64,000 nt of DNA from Patescibacteria group bacterium (lineage in GTDB: Bacteria; Patescibacteriota; Patescibacteriia; Magasanikbacterales; GWA2-37-8), in contig JAQTYG010000001.1 of NCBI GenBank assembly GCA_028688375.1, forward strand, positions 183,420 through 247,419, read 5' to 3'. Position 1 is the stretch's first letter, and each line of letters opens with the position of its first letter. A program made the translations under genes and the position numbers. The notes under the pieces were generated by a model. The model saw nothing but the letters and a program-made list of their open reading frames with translations, was not told where the DNA came from and made no database searches. Of the stretch, positions 9,832-19,889 are shown piece by piece.

Positions 9832-11784
9832 TTATTCAATATATCGTTCTTTAATTTTATGCTGGCCGTGAAAAAATTTCCCCCCTTTTCTTCCATACCA
9901 AATAATTTCTCTGGCATAAGAGGGTAAATCTCCGCCGAATTCTTCAATATCATGAAAAAGGAGCTTATTTTTTTTATAAACCAAACTGGGTTTATCGGTT
10001 CCACGATAAAACTCATTAAAATACTTGTTGAAATCCCAATTTAAATCCAATTCCGAGGCAGAACGGCGAAAAGGATCAATCAACATTTTGGCGGAATATT
10101 TTATGAGATCGGAAATTTTTTCCTCTTCCTCTTTTCCAAAGTACGATGACAGATATTTTTTTAATTCTTCATAAAATCTTTCTTTGGCTACGATGATATT
10201 GAGAAATGAGCCTTCTTCCGTGGGCCAGCTAATGGCGCCAAATTTTTCAATCACGAATTCCCAGCTTCCACCGTTTATAACACCGTCGATAATACGGGAA
10301 ATTAGGTTCACTTCACGGCCAATAATAGACCCCGGAGAATTCTCGCCGTGTTTTATTAAATCATTATAAAATTGCGCATAAGAAATAGAGCGCTCATTGT
10401 GAGCGAATATGGCGGCGTGTTGCGTTAAGCCTAAACAATGAAAGCACTGAACGGCCCAAGAAAAAATACACGATTTTTTCCAATCTTCCGTAGACATCGC
10501 ATTTGTGCCAATCACAATTTCATCATACTCCTGAATATTATTCGCGCTGGGCACGGAATGAGAGAGGACGGCGGGTACACGCACGGATTTGATGCCGTAA
10601 AATTCTTTATATTTTTTATCACCCATCAAAGAATTGGGTAAAATTTCGCAATTATACACGTTGATTGAGCTGTGTTGTCCGTTTACCAAAAGAGTATCGA
10701 GCCCGGCGCAAAAAGTATCGCGAGATTCGTTAGGTAATCCTAAAATAATTTCCGTGTAAGTTGAGATATTCTCGTTGTTATATTGCCGGAGTAGCTCCTT
10801 GAAATTGTCTATGCGCAAGTTGATTCTTCCCACCGCCTTTAGAGTTTCGGCGTTTAAACTCTGAAATGACAGAGTGACACCCTTGCACATTTTATTTTCA
10901 TTAAGCTTTTTATTCATTTCAAAAATAGCCTGATTGCTATTTTTAGCATAAGCGGTTCTAAATTTCTTCGGAAAATCGTATTTATTTTTAATTTCAATAA
11001 ACTTATCAACAAAATCGTTGTCTCGTTGCAAAATACCGAAATTCGAATCACACCCCATAACAAATTCAATTTTATTTTTACCGAACCACTCTATTTCGTC
11101 CTTCACTCGCTGTTCGTCAAAAGGGACGATGGTTTTGCAATTTGTTAGGGGCGACCCCCAATCACAATAGGCGCAGCCATATGGGCAGCCCCGATTGGTT
11201 TCCAAACTGGCGGTAAAAGAATAAGGTAGTTTTATTATGCCATCAAAAACTCCGCTTAAATACGGGGACGGAATTTTATTGATATTAATTTTTTTCTGTT
11301 CTTTCTTAGTTTTAAAGGTTTCTCCACCCAAGTTAACGCTCAAATTGCTAATTCTGCGAAAATCTTTACCGGGCGAGAGAAGAGCTAATAATATTTCAGC
11401 GAAAGCAACCTCTCCATCACCATGTACTAAAATATCAACATAATTATGCCGCGCGAAAAAATTTTCTGATTCAAAAGGAATCTGGTGGCCGCCAAACACC
11501 ACCAAACAGCTCGGATATTTGGATTTTACCGCCTCTGCTAATTTTTTATTATACTCGAAATTCCAAATATACGAAGATAGGCCCAGAACCTTCGGATCGT
11601 TCAATTTCTTCACCACAATCTCAATATCTTCTTTTAAAAATAAAGGGGGGTTAAATTCGAAATTCTCTCTCAAACCATCAATCGAGAGGCAATAGCTCGC
11701 AATCATGCCGACAGAATAAGGCAAAAAGACGTTGTTGCCGTATTTGTCGCCAACCTGTCCCAAATAAACGTTTCTTTTTTCCAT
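9832..11784 (-). CDS. B12-binding domain radical SAM protein (class B radical SAM, likely C-methyltransferase or related)
   Basis: N-terminal cobalamin-binding-like segment (VVFGGHQIPFE...DILVHGDGEVAF) followed by NRGCPYGCAYCDWGS (CxxxCxxC radical SAM cluster motif); 650 aa. Confidence 0.7.
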   Translation of the reverse strand: MEKRNVYLGQVGDKYGNNVFLPYSVGMIASYCLSIDGLRENFEFNPPLFLKEDIEIVVKKLNDPKVLGLSSYIWNFEYNKKLAEAVKSKYPSCLVVFGGHQIPFESENFFARHNYVDILVHGDGEVAFAEILLALLSPGKDFRRISNLSVNLGGETFKTKKEQKKININKIPSPYLSGVFDGIIKLPYSFTASLETNRGCPYGCAYCDWGSPLTNCKTIVPFDEQRVKDEIEWFGKNKIEFVMGCDSNFGILQRDNDFVDKFIEIKNKYDFPKKFRTAYAKNSNQAIFEMNKKLNENKMCKGVTLSFQSLNAETLKAVGRINLRIDNFKELLRQYNNENISTYTEIILGLPNESRDTFCAGLDTLLVNGQHSSINVYNCEILPNSLMGDKKYKEFYGIKSVRVPAVLSHSVPSANNIQEYDEIVIGTNAMSTEDWKKSCIFSWAVQCFHCLGLTQHAAIFAHNERSISYAQFYNDLIKHGENSPGSIIGREVNLISRIIDGVINGGSWEFVIEKFGAISWPTEEGSFLNIIVAKERFYEELKKYLSSYFGKEEEEKISDLIKYSAKMLIDPFRRSASELDLNWDFNKYFNEFYRGTDKPSLVYKKNKLLFHDIEEFGGDLPSYAREIIWYGRKGGKFFHGQHKIKERYIE

Positions 11785-11801
11785 AGTTTAACTTGCGCAA
11801 T

Positions 11802-13115
11802 CTAAATTTTTACGGACAACTCAATAAAATCGTTCAAATTATCCGCGATATAATCAATCATTTCTCGATTAATCAACGGACCGACACCGATCCAAAAACT
11901 GTTCGCCATGATAAAATCGGTGTTTTGCAGCGCTTCAGCGATCCGATGACCGCAATTATCGCCAATAAAATACGGTTGTTTAGTAATATTCCCCGCAAAA
12001 AGTAATCTGGTGCCGATTTTTTTATCATTTAAATATTTCAATAATTTCGTTCTGTCAATCCCTGTGTTTTCTTTGATGGTTAATATAAATCCGAACCAAC
12101 TGGGATTAGCGCTCGGTAGACATCGGGGTAAAATAAAATAGTTATTAAACCTGCTTAACTGTTCTGATAAAAATTTAAAATTTTCACGTCGCTTGCTAAC
12201 AAAAGTGTTTATTTTTTTCATTTGGGCCAAACCCAACGCCGCCTGGATATCGGTCATTTTTAAATTATATCCCATCTCGCTATAAATATACTTGTGGTCA
12301 TAGCCGTGAGGTAAATTACCCAATTGCCAATTAAATCTGTTTTTGCAGGTGTCATCTTTTCCGGTTGGACACCAGCAATCTCTCCCCCAATCTCTAAAAG
12401 ATCTGATGATTTTATTTAGCAAAGCATCGTTCGTCAGCACCGCTCCGCCTTCGGCGGTAGTGATATGGTGGGCGGGATAAAAACTCAGGGTTGAAATATG
12501 GCCATAACTACCGGTTTTTTTCTGTTTATATTCCGAACCCAAAGCATCGCAGTTGTCTTCGATGAGCCACAACTTTTTTTCTTCGCAGAATTTAGCGACG
12601 CTATCGATTTCGTATGGATTACCCAGAGTATGAGCGATGAAGACGGCTTTTGTTTTTTCAGAAAAAGCTTTTTTGATAGATTCTAAACTTGGATTATAGG
12701 AACCGATTTCCACGTCTACAAATACCGGAATCAACCCGTTCTGTATAATCGGATTAATCGTCGTGGGAAAACCGGCGGCGACGGTAATCACTTCGTCACC
12801 CGGTTTTAATCTTTTGCTTTCCGGTAACTTTTTCGAGGTGAGCGCGGTTAAGGCCAATAGATTCGCCGATGATCCGGAATTAACCAAGGAACAAAAATTA
12901 ACTCCAACGTAGGAAGCCAGCTCCGATTCTAACCTCGCCGAATACTCGCCTTCCGTCCACCAACCTTCCAATACCGCTTCAATCGCCAGAATTAACTCCT
13001 GCTCATCGAAAACCTTACCTGAAATAGGCACGGCCGATTGTCCGGGGATAAATTTTTTTTCGGGAAACCTTTCTTTAAATTCCTGAATTATGTTTTTTTT
13101 CAATTCGTCTCTCAT
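11802..13115 (-). CDS. rfbH: CDP-6-deoxy-D-xylo-4-hexulose 3-dehydrase (E1, RfbH/DdhC family; PMP-dependent DegT/AHBA-synthase fold with [2Fe-2S] motif)
   Basis: 437 aa (canonical RfbH length); SLVNSGSSANLLAL and the Lys-containing region; C-x-C-x7-C iron-sulfur motif DCWCPTGKDDTC characteristic of E1. Confidence 0.75.
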   Translation of the reverse strand: MRDELKKNIIQEFKERFPEKKFIPGQSAVPISGKVFDEQELILAIEAVLEGWWTEGEYSARLESELASYVGVNFCSLVNSGSSANLLALTALTSKKLPESKRLKPGDEVITVAAGFPTTINPIIQNGLIPVFVDVEIGSYNPSLESIKKAFSEKTKAVFIAHTLGNPYEIDSVAKFCEEKKLWLIEDNCDALGSEYKQKKTGSYGHISTLSFYPAHHITTAEGGAVLTNDALLNKIIRSFRDWGRDCWCPTGKDDTCKNRFNWQLGNLPHGYDHKYIYSEMGYNLKMTDIQAALGLAQMKKINTFVSKRRENFKFLSEQLSRFNNYFILPRCLPSANPSWFGFILTIKENTGIDRTKLLKYLNDKKIGTRLLFAGNITKQPYFIGDNCGHRIAEALQNTDFIMANSFWIGVGPLINREMIDYIADNLNDFIELSVKI

Positions 13116-13123
13116 ATTATTTA

Positions 13124-14005
13124 TCAGATAAAAAATTTATTAATATCCAACTTTTGGCATATCTTTTCGTAGTATGCGAACATCTCGGCAATCGCCTCTC
13201 GAAAATCAGTATAATCAATCGGGCCAAATTCATTCATAAATTTCTTGATATCACCGGAGTACTCACGGTTCAGCCCGTTTTCTATAATTTTGATGTCTGT
13301 TTTATTGCCACCATATTCGTTGATAATATTGGCTAAAGACAAAAGATCGATCGTTTGCCCGCGGCCGATATTATAACAGATGCTGGCTGGCTTTACGGTT
13401 ATGAACCGTTCTAAAATTTTTACCAAATCTTTGATAAAGATATAATCGAAATAAACGTTTTTTTTAATCACAATCGGCAAACCAAGAATTTTTCTACAAA
13501 TTGCGTTAGAAATAAATCTAGTTTCATAATCTTCATATTTACCGAAGATGCCAAAAAAACGGAGATGGGTAATCTTATGGTTATTTTCGGCAATTTTTGC
13601 CATTACAAATTTTGCCAAACCATATTCATCAACCGGAATACTTCGGCCAAAACATTCTTCAGAAATTAGATGCAGATCTTTTCTCTTGTCGTATTCTGCT
13701 CCGGAGCCAAAAACAATCATCCGTTTAAAGTATGCCTCGGTATTTAACAAATTAAAATACATTAATAAATTCTTTTGCAAAATACCGGGAAGATTATTCG
13801 TATTTCTATTTCCCCCAACAGTGGCAGCGTGGATAACCAGATCTGGCTGATTTATTTTCATAAAATTCAACACCGCCTCGGTATCTAGCAAATCCAGAGC
13901 GTCTTCATCGGGTGATAAAAATTCGTATTTAGCCCCTAAAATTTCTAATATATTTTTCCCTAAAAAGCCGCTTCCACCGGTTAGAAAAATTTTTAATTTA
14001 GGCAT
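13124..14005 (-). CDS. NAD(P)-dependent sugar 4-ketoreductase/epimerase (extended SDR; RfbJ/RfbS/Rmd-like)
   Basis: KIFLTGGSGFLGKNI Rossmann motif and YGLAK catalytic motif; 293 aa; position between E1 and the transketolase-like genes. Confidence 0.55.
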   Translation of the reverse strand: MPKLKIFLTGGSGFLGKNILEILGAKYEFLSPDEDALDLLDTEAVLNFMKINQPDLVIHAATVGGNRNTNNLPGILQKNLLMYFNLLNTEAYFKRMIVFGSGAEYDKRKDLHLISEECFGRSIPVDEYGLAKFVMAKIAENNHKITHLRFFGIFGKYEDYETRFISNAICRKILGLPIVIKKNVYFDYIFIKDLVKILERFITVKPASICYNIGRGQTIDLLSLANIINEYGGNKTDIKIIENGLNREYSGDIKKFMNEFGPIDYTDFREAIAEMFAYYEKICQKLDINKFFI

Positions 14006-14928
14006 AGAGGTATGATTTTTTGTTCAATTTTTTGAGCGGATAACCCGGCTTGATCGCGCATGTAATCCTGCGTGCCAATAAAATTAAAATACTTATCTTC
14101 GACACCCAATCGTACCAATTTAATATTAAGATTTTCTTCAGCGATAATTTCCGCCATGGTCGAACCTAACCCCCCCAAAATAGTGTGTTCTTCAACCGTG
14201 ATCACCGAGTGGCGATTTCGCAAAATATCTACTATTTTTTCTCTGTTAATCGGTTTTAAAAAGGGACAACTATAAAGTGCCACATTCTCCCCTCTTTCGA
14301 CTAAATCGCTGGCGGCCCTATAGGCTTCTGACAATATGCTACCGCAAGAAAAAATCGCCACGCCGCCGTTCTTTTTATTCTTATAAATCTCCACCAAATC
14401 TCCTAATTTGATACTCTCATAATCCAAATTACTAATAACATTTTTTTCTCCGCCACGATTTAGCCTGATATAACTTGGCCCGCCGGTTATCACCGCTTTT
14501 TTTATTACTTGGACTGCTTCGTTCGGATCGGCCGGACACATTACCTTCATGTTAGGCAGGGCTCTCATGATAGCCAGATCCTCCACGGCGTTATGGGTCG
14601 TGCCTGAAGTGCCATAAGCGAAACCGCCTCCTACGCCAAGAATCGTCACATCCAAATTCTGATAACACAAATCCACTCTAATCTGTTCAAAGCATCTCAT
14701 GATGGCGAACGGAGCGATACTATAAAGAAACACTTTTTTACCACTTAATGCTAAGCCGGCCGCTACACCGATCATATTTTGTTCAGCGATTCCAATATTA
14801 AAAAACCTATCCGGAAATTCCATTTTAAATTTCTCCACCACCGAATAACCCAAATCGGCGGTTATTAAAATAATATCCTGATTCTTCCGCGCTTCTCCAA
14901 TAATATATTCTACGACAGTATTTCTCAT
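13993..14928 (-). CDS. Transketolase-like protein, C-terminal (pyrimidine-binding/C-terminal domain) subunit of a split transketolase
   Basis: 311 aa; ILITADLGYSV...GIAEQNMIGVAAGLALSGKK resembles the transketolase Pyr/C-terminal half; overlaps upstream partner; a canonical full-length tkt exists at 49248..51491. Confidence 0.7.
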   Translation of the reverse strand: MRNTVVEYIIGEARKNQDIILITADLGYSVVEKFKMEFPDRFFNIGIAEQNMIGVAAGLALSGKKVFLYSIAPFAIMRCFEQIRVDLCYQNLDVTILGVGGGFAYGTSGTTHNAVEDLAIMRALPNMKVMCPADPNEAVQVIKKAVITGGPSYIRLNRGGEKNVISNLDYESIKLGDLVEIYKNKKNGGVAIFSCGSILSEAYRAASDLVERGENVALYSCPFLKPINREKIVDILRNRHSVITVEEHTILGGLGSTMAEIIAEENLNIKLVRLGVEDKYFNFIGTQDYMRDQAGLSAQKIEQKIIPLCLN

Positions 14929-14930
14929 AA

Positions 14931-15743
14931 TTAAGATTCGAGCTCTTTTAAAGCTTGCCTATATTGTTCATCGGAAGGGCTCTTGTAATGCCAATCGACT
15001 GAGTTTTCCATAAAACTCACGCCTTTGCCTTTTGTTGTTTTGGCAATTATTACTAAGGGGCGAGAACTATTATTAGACCGGCCCAAAGCGGTCGTTAATT
15101 CCATATAATCATGACCGCTAGTTTCGCGCACTTCGCAGCCAAAAGCCCTGAATTTATCCGCTAAATTATCTTGCGAAATAATCTCTCTTGATTCGCCCAT
15201 ACCCTGTTGATTATTAAAATCAATAATTATTGTTAAATTATCCAATCGCTTCTGCACTGCAAACATTGTCGCCTCCCACACGGAGCCCTCGTCGCACTCG
15301 CCATCACCCATCAAACAAAATATTTTTCTGTTACTATTTTTATCAATTTTCGCCCCTAAGGCCAGTCCGGTGGCGATCGGGAGTCCATGACCCAATGAAC
15401 CGGAAGAGATTTCAATTCCCGGGATACTGCCTCTAATTACATGGCCGGCAAATTGCGTTCCATCAGCGGCGTACTTGTCAATAACGGTGGTATCGCAGAA
15501 ACCGGACTCGACTAAAATTGCATAAAGCGCTACAGCCGCATGGCCCTTACTTAAAATAAAAATATCGCGGTTGTGCGCTTCCGTGTTGTTCGGGTTGATG
15601 TTCATCACTTCAAAATATAGAGCTACAAGTATTTCCACAATGCTAAAACACGAACCGATGTGTGAATTTTTCGTACGATAAATCGCCCGCAAAATATTTT
15701 TTCGGATATTCACCGCTCTTTTTTTAAAATCATCGTACGGCAT
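14931..15743 (-). CDS. Transketolase-like protein, N-terminal (thiamine diphosphate-binding) subunit of a split transketolase
   Basis: GHIGSCFSIVEILVALY, LSKGHAAVALYA, GSLGHGLPIATGLALG and GDGECDEGSVWEA (ThDP/Mg binding GDG...E...N-like block). Confidence 0.7.
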   Translation of the reverse strand: MPYDDFKKRAVNIRKNILRAIYRTKNSHIGSCFSIVEILVALYFEVMNINPNNTEAHNRDIFILSKGHAAVALYAILVESGFCDTTVIDKYAADGTQFAGHVIRGSIPGIEISSGSLGHGLPIATGLALGAKIDKNSNRKIFCLMGDGECDEGSVWEATMFAVQKRLDNLTIIIDFNNQQGMGESREIISQDNLADKFRAFGCEVRETSGHDYMELTTALGRSNNSSRPLVIIAKTTKGKGVSFMENSVDWHYKSPSDEQYRQALKELES

Positions 15744-15759
15744 AATTTAAAATACCATG

Positions 15760-16833
15760 TTATTCGCCGAAATATTCCGCGATCTGGCTGTCCGTAAATT
15801 TACTCGGATCTTCTTTCCCGCCATAAAATTTCTCATACCAACTAAAAGTCTTTTCCAAACTCTGGGTCAAACTCCACTTAGGATGCCAGTCTAATAAAAT
15901 ACCCGCCTTGCTCGCGTCTAATTTAAGCAAATTAGCTTCATGCTTAGAGGCATCTTCAGCAACTTCGAAAACGCCTTGTTGTAATATGGAAATGCCTTTT
16001 TCGACTAATTCTTCAACACGCACGAGGCCGTCCTCTCCGGGACCAAAATTCCAGGCGCCGGACAAGTCTCCATGACCGACAAACATTTTTTTGCCAAGCA
16101 ACAAATAACCGCCCAGCGGTTCTAACACATGTTGCCACGGTCTAACCGCTTTAGGATTTCTAATTATCACCGATTCTTTACGCTCAAAAATTGCTCTAAC
16201 CATATCAGGAATCAATCGATCTCTGGCCCAATCACCCCCGCCGATAACATTGCCGGCTCTGGCGACAGCCACTAAAGTGTCGTGCTTTTGGCCAAAGTCG
16301 CTTGGATTAAAAAACGATCTTATATAGGAGCTCGTCACAATGTCCGCCGCGGCCTTACTCGCACTATATGGGTCATAACCCCCAAGCGCATCCGTTTCTT
16401 TATAAGGATAGTCCTGCTCTTTATTTTCATAAACTTTATCAGTGGTAATAATTACTGCCGATTTCACTCCGCCGGCTTCTTTAATCGCCTGTAAAATATT
16501 AGCCGTACCAATAATATTGGTGGAGAAGGTGGCTAGCGGGTCATCGTAGCTATCCCGAACAATTGGCTGAGCCGCCAGATGAAAAACTATTTCCGGTTTT
16601 TCTATCTCAAAAATATTCTTGATTTTGTTAAAATCACGGATATCGGTAAAATAATTTTTCTTTATTTTTCCAGCCAATTCTAATGTTTCAAACAAGTTAG
16701 GCGCAGTGTCTGGCGGTAAAGAAACACCGACGACTGTCGCGCCCCAATTGACAAGAATCCGGGTTAACCACGAACCTTTGAATCCCGTGTGACCGGTGAT
16801 TAAGATTTTTTTACCACAATAAAATTCTTTCAT
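15760..16833 (-). CDS. rfbG: CDP-glucose 4,6-dehydratase
   Basis: FYCGKKILITGHTGFKGSWLTRILVNWGATVVGVSLPPDT is the hallmark RfbG/DdhB N-terminus; 357 aa. Confidence 0.8.
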   Translation of the reverse strand: MKEFYCGKKILITGHTGFKGSWLTRILVNWGATVVGVSLPPDTAPNLFETLELAGKIKKNYFTDIRDFNKIKNIFEIEKPEIVFHLAAQPIVRDSYDDPLATFSTNIIGTANILQAIKEAGGVKSAVIITTDKVYENKEQDYPYKETDALGGYDPYSASKAAADIVTSSYIRSFFNPSDFGQKHDTLVAVARAGNVIGGGDWARDRLIPDMVRAIFERKESVIIRNPKAVRPWQHVLEPLGGYLLLGKKMFVGHGDLSGAWNFGPGEDGLVRVEELVEKGISILQQGVFEVAEDASKHEANLLKLDASKAGILLDWHPKWSLTQSLEKTFSWYEKFYGGKEDPSKFTDSQIAEYFGE

Positions 16834-16843
16834 ATTATTTATA

Positions 16844-17635
16844 CTAATCCCAAATTTTCCAAAAAGGGTCCTTATGCCAATGTTCGTTCATTTCCTCAAC
16901 TTCTTTATGCGTATCCATGCACTTCCATTTTCCGTCATGACAAAAGACAGATAATTGGCCGGATTTAGCCAGTTTTGGGAATACGCTTTCAATCATGCTA
17001 TCCGGTTCGATCATATCCAATACCTCTCGCTTAAAAACCATAAAACCGCCGTTAATCAAATTTTTTTCCGCGGAGGGCTCCTCTTCAGCGGTTACTTTAT
17101 GTTGAGAAAAATCAACCACTTTCTTGGCCTCACGATCGATATCTAAATAGCCAAAACGGCTAGCCGGTCGAACCGCAGTTATGGTGGCAATAGTATTTTG
17201 GTTTTGATGAAATTTTACTAATTCGGGTATATTTACATCCGCCACCCCATCCCCATAAGTAACCATAAAATAATCGTCGGAGCCGATATAGTTTTTTAAA
17301 CGTCTAATTCTTTCACCGGTTAAACTATCCGTACCGGTTTCAGCGAACACTATCCTAAAGTCATCGCAATCATTGTTGTGGAATGTCGTAGCGCCGGTTT
17401 TAGTATCAAGTGTAAAATCGTTCACAAATGCCCGCCAGTTCAAAAAATAATCTTTAATCATGTTGCTCTTGTAGCCGAGCGCTAAAATAAAATCATTAAA
17501 GCCGTAATGCGCGTATATCTTCATGATATGCCAAAGGATCGGCTTTCCGCCGACTTCCACCAAAGGCTTGGGTTTAAATTCCGTTTCCTCCTTCATACGA
17601 GTGCCCGTGCCGCCACAAAGTATAATGGTTTTCAT
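16844..17635 (-). CDS. rfbF: Glucose-1-phosphate cytidylyltransferase
   Basis: MKTIILCGGTGTRMKEETEFKPKPLVEVGGKPILWHIMKIY is the hallmark RfbF/DdhA N-terminus; 263 aa. Confidence 0.8.
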   Translation of the reverse strand: MKTIILCGGTGTRMKEETEFKPKPLVEVGGKPILWHIMKIYAHYGFNDFILALGYKSNMIKDYFLNWRAFVNDFTLDTKTGATTFHNNDCDDFRIVFAETGTDSLTGERIRRLKNYIGSDDYFMVTYGDGVADVNIPELVKFHQNQNTIATITAVRPASRFGYLDIDREAKKVVDFSQHKVTAEEEPSAEKNLINGGFMVFKREVLDMIEPDSMIESVFPKLAKSGQLSVFCHDGKWKCMDTHKEVEEMNEHWHKDPFWKIWD

Positions 17636-18516
17636 ATGATAGATAACTTCTTTTTAATAAATAAATTAATATTTTTTATCATTATGATCAAGCCAATGAG
17701 CGCTCTGTTGAATACGAATAATGTGCTTGTTCTTTGGTGCAAATATTTTATTTTTAAATTATCCAAATGCGTATAGCTCAACCTTAATTGCCAAATATAC
17801 TGTTCTGAAGAACGGTTGTTCTCGCCATGATACAAATCTAACGGCTGAATCTTGACTTCATTATTAAAATATTTTCTAAAAAATATATTTACTAGAGTCA
17901 TATCGTGTCGAAAAATCTCGCAATCTCTACTAAATATATTTTTATCCTTACCTTTATTTCTCCACTGATCGTTTGGTGAAAAACCAAGAGCCAGGCCCGC
18001 TCGAGCTGAATCGTAAATTTTTTTAAATATTTCGCTAATCCTGGGAGTGTTTTTAAAACCAATTATGCCCGCGTGAACTACAGTTAGACCATCATACCGT
18101 TCATCCAAATCAAAAATCGATTTATAACTGGTTGGCACAATTTTTTTAAACAATTGTTCTTGATCAATCAAAAGCACGTCTTCCTGTTCAATGACGGAGA
18201 AAACCTCGTCTAATGATCTTAAAACTTGGCACCCAGCATCGAGATAAAAATTTAACCGCGCTAAAGGATGGGCAAAAATATAGGCCTTCCAAGTATAGCA
18301 GCCTCGCCAATGATGGCAAAATTCCGGCATTTTTACTACCTTGACATTATCAACCGACTCAAGTTCTCGGCGAAAAATCGGCAATAAGCCGAGGTCATAA
18401 ACAAAAATAGTCGGGTGATTCGGATAAATCAATTTTATCGAGGATAACAAATTTATTACTGAGGGAAAAAATTTGTTTGAAGCAGAAGTTATAATCGCTT
18501 TTTCTAACATAAACAA
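17632..18516 (-). CDS. Hypothetical protein, possibly a nucleotide-diphospho-sugar transferase-like glycosyltransferase
   Basis: ATGA overlap with rfbF start (translational coupling); no confident motif. Confidence 0.3.
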   Translation of the reverse strand: MFMLEKAIITSASNKFFPSVINLLSSIKLIYPNHPTIFVYDLGLLPIFRRELESVDNVKVVKMPEFCHHWRGCYTWKAYIFAHPLARLNFYLDAGCQVLRSLDEVFSVIEQEDVLLIDQEQLFKKIVPTSYKSIFDLDERYDGLTVVHAGIIGFKNTPRISEIFKKIYDSARAGLALGFSPNDQWRNKGKDKNIFSRDCEIFRHDMTLVNIFFRKYFNNEVKIQPLDLYHGENNRSSEQYIWQLRLSYTHLDNLKIKYLHQRTSTLFVFNRALIGLIIMIKNINLFIKKKLSII

Positions 18517-18526
18517 TTTTTTAGAA

Positions 18527-19873
18527 TTACTTGAAAAACATCCCTCTCAAAATTAAAACGCCCTGTCTCCGTGTTGATTTAAATAAAAGGGCGCAAAAAG
18601 GAATGAGGGAATAAGAAATCAGAGTGGCAAAAGCCGCGCCGTTAATCCCGAACCGGGGAATGAAAATAAAATTCAATACAATATTAATCGTCATGCCCAG
18701 TAAATTTATTAAAAAAGATATTTTTGTCTTTTTTTCTCCGATTAAAGCCTGGTTAAGGACCGTGCTTATCGCCACGGCGATGCCGGCCCAAACATAAATC
18801 GACAGAACCGCGGCAGCGGATAAATAATTTTGACCGTAAGCGATTTGGATGATTATTTTAGAAAATAGCGCCATCGGTACCACAAAAATTAAAGACAGAT
18901 AAAACGCTAAACCATATAATCGAGAGAGTCTTTCCTCGTATCTTTCATGGCTAACTGCAACCGCGTTAAGCACCGCTGGAAAAATCGATCCGACGATAAT
19001 AGTGGGAAAAAAATACCATAATTCTGATAAGCGAACCGCCACATCGTAAAATCCGACCGCCGCATTGTCTAAAAGATGTTTGATCATCACCTGATCGATT
19101 CTGGAAAAAATACCCGCGAAGGCAGAGGAAAAAATTAACGGCCAAGAATGCGCTAACAAATCTTTACAGGTTTGTCCGGAAAATTTCCAACTAAATTGAC
19201 CTAATTTATTTCCAACAAAGATAATTACATAGCCTATGGCGTAAAAAACGCTTTCTAAAAAGAAAATGGCGACAAAATAAATCAAATCAAATTTTAAATA
19301 AACGCAGAAAATTTTAAGTGCGGACAAAACCAGACTAACAACTAAGGAGGTGATCACCACCGGTTTGGAAAAAACTTTGGCTTGAAAAAAAGTATTGATT
19401 ATGCCGAAAGACTGAAAGATAAAAGACAAGGAGACGATAAAAATCAAAAAATTAGTATAAAAATCATTGTGATTAAATAAAAAAGTAATTAAAACCAAAA
19501 CGATAGTTAGACAGGCGCCCATTATTTTAAGAACAAAAGCGGACCCCATCAATTCTTTCTTTTTCTCCGGCTCTTTAATTAAATCAACATACAGTATGGC
19601 TTCAATCCCCAAGCCGGCTAAAAAAGAAAATAGGCCAACATAACTAATGACATAACTTACCAAACCATATTTATCCGGACCCAAAGAGCGCACGATATAT
19701 ATATTTACCAAAAAAGCCACGGCGCTAGCCAAAACTTTACCAATCAGATTCCAACCGCTATTAGAAAAATAGCGTTTTAAACCCTGCGATCTCAATTCGA
19801 ATAACCAGCTTTCCGGTAAAAAAAAGCGCGCTATTTTTTTAACAAGTAATTTAATTGGCTTGACAATATTCAT
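18527..19873 (-). CDS. Polysaccharide biosynthesis protein / Wzx-like flippase (MOP superfamily)
   Basis: 448 aa with about 12 TM helices, N-terminal KR-rich cytoplasmic segment; typical Wzx architecture and cluster context. Confidence 0.6.
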   Translation of the reverse strand: MNIVKPIKLLVKKIARFFLPESWLFELRSQGLKRYFSNSGWNLIGKVLASAVAFLVNIYIVRSLGPDKYGLVSYVISYVGLFSFLAGLGIEAILYVDLIKEPEKKKELMGSAFVLKIMGACLTIVLVLITFLFNHNDFYTNFLIFIVSLSFIFQSFGIINTFFQAKVFSKPVVITSLVVSLVLSALKIFCVYLKFDLIYFVAIFFLESVFYAIGYVIIFVGNKLGQFSWKFSGQTCKDLLAHSWPLIFSSAFAGIFSRIDQVMIKHLLDNAAVGFYDVAVRLSELWYFFPTIIVGSIFPAVLNAVAVSHERYEERLSRLYGLAFYLSLIFVVPMALFSKIIIQIAYGQNYLSAAAVLSIYVWAGIAVAISTVLNQALIGEKKTKISFLINLLGMTINIVLNFIFIPRFGINGAAFATLISYSLIPFCALLFKSTRRQGVLILRGMFFK

Positions 19874-19889
19874 AAATATTTTCCACGAT

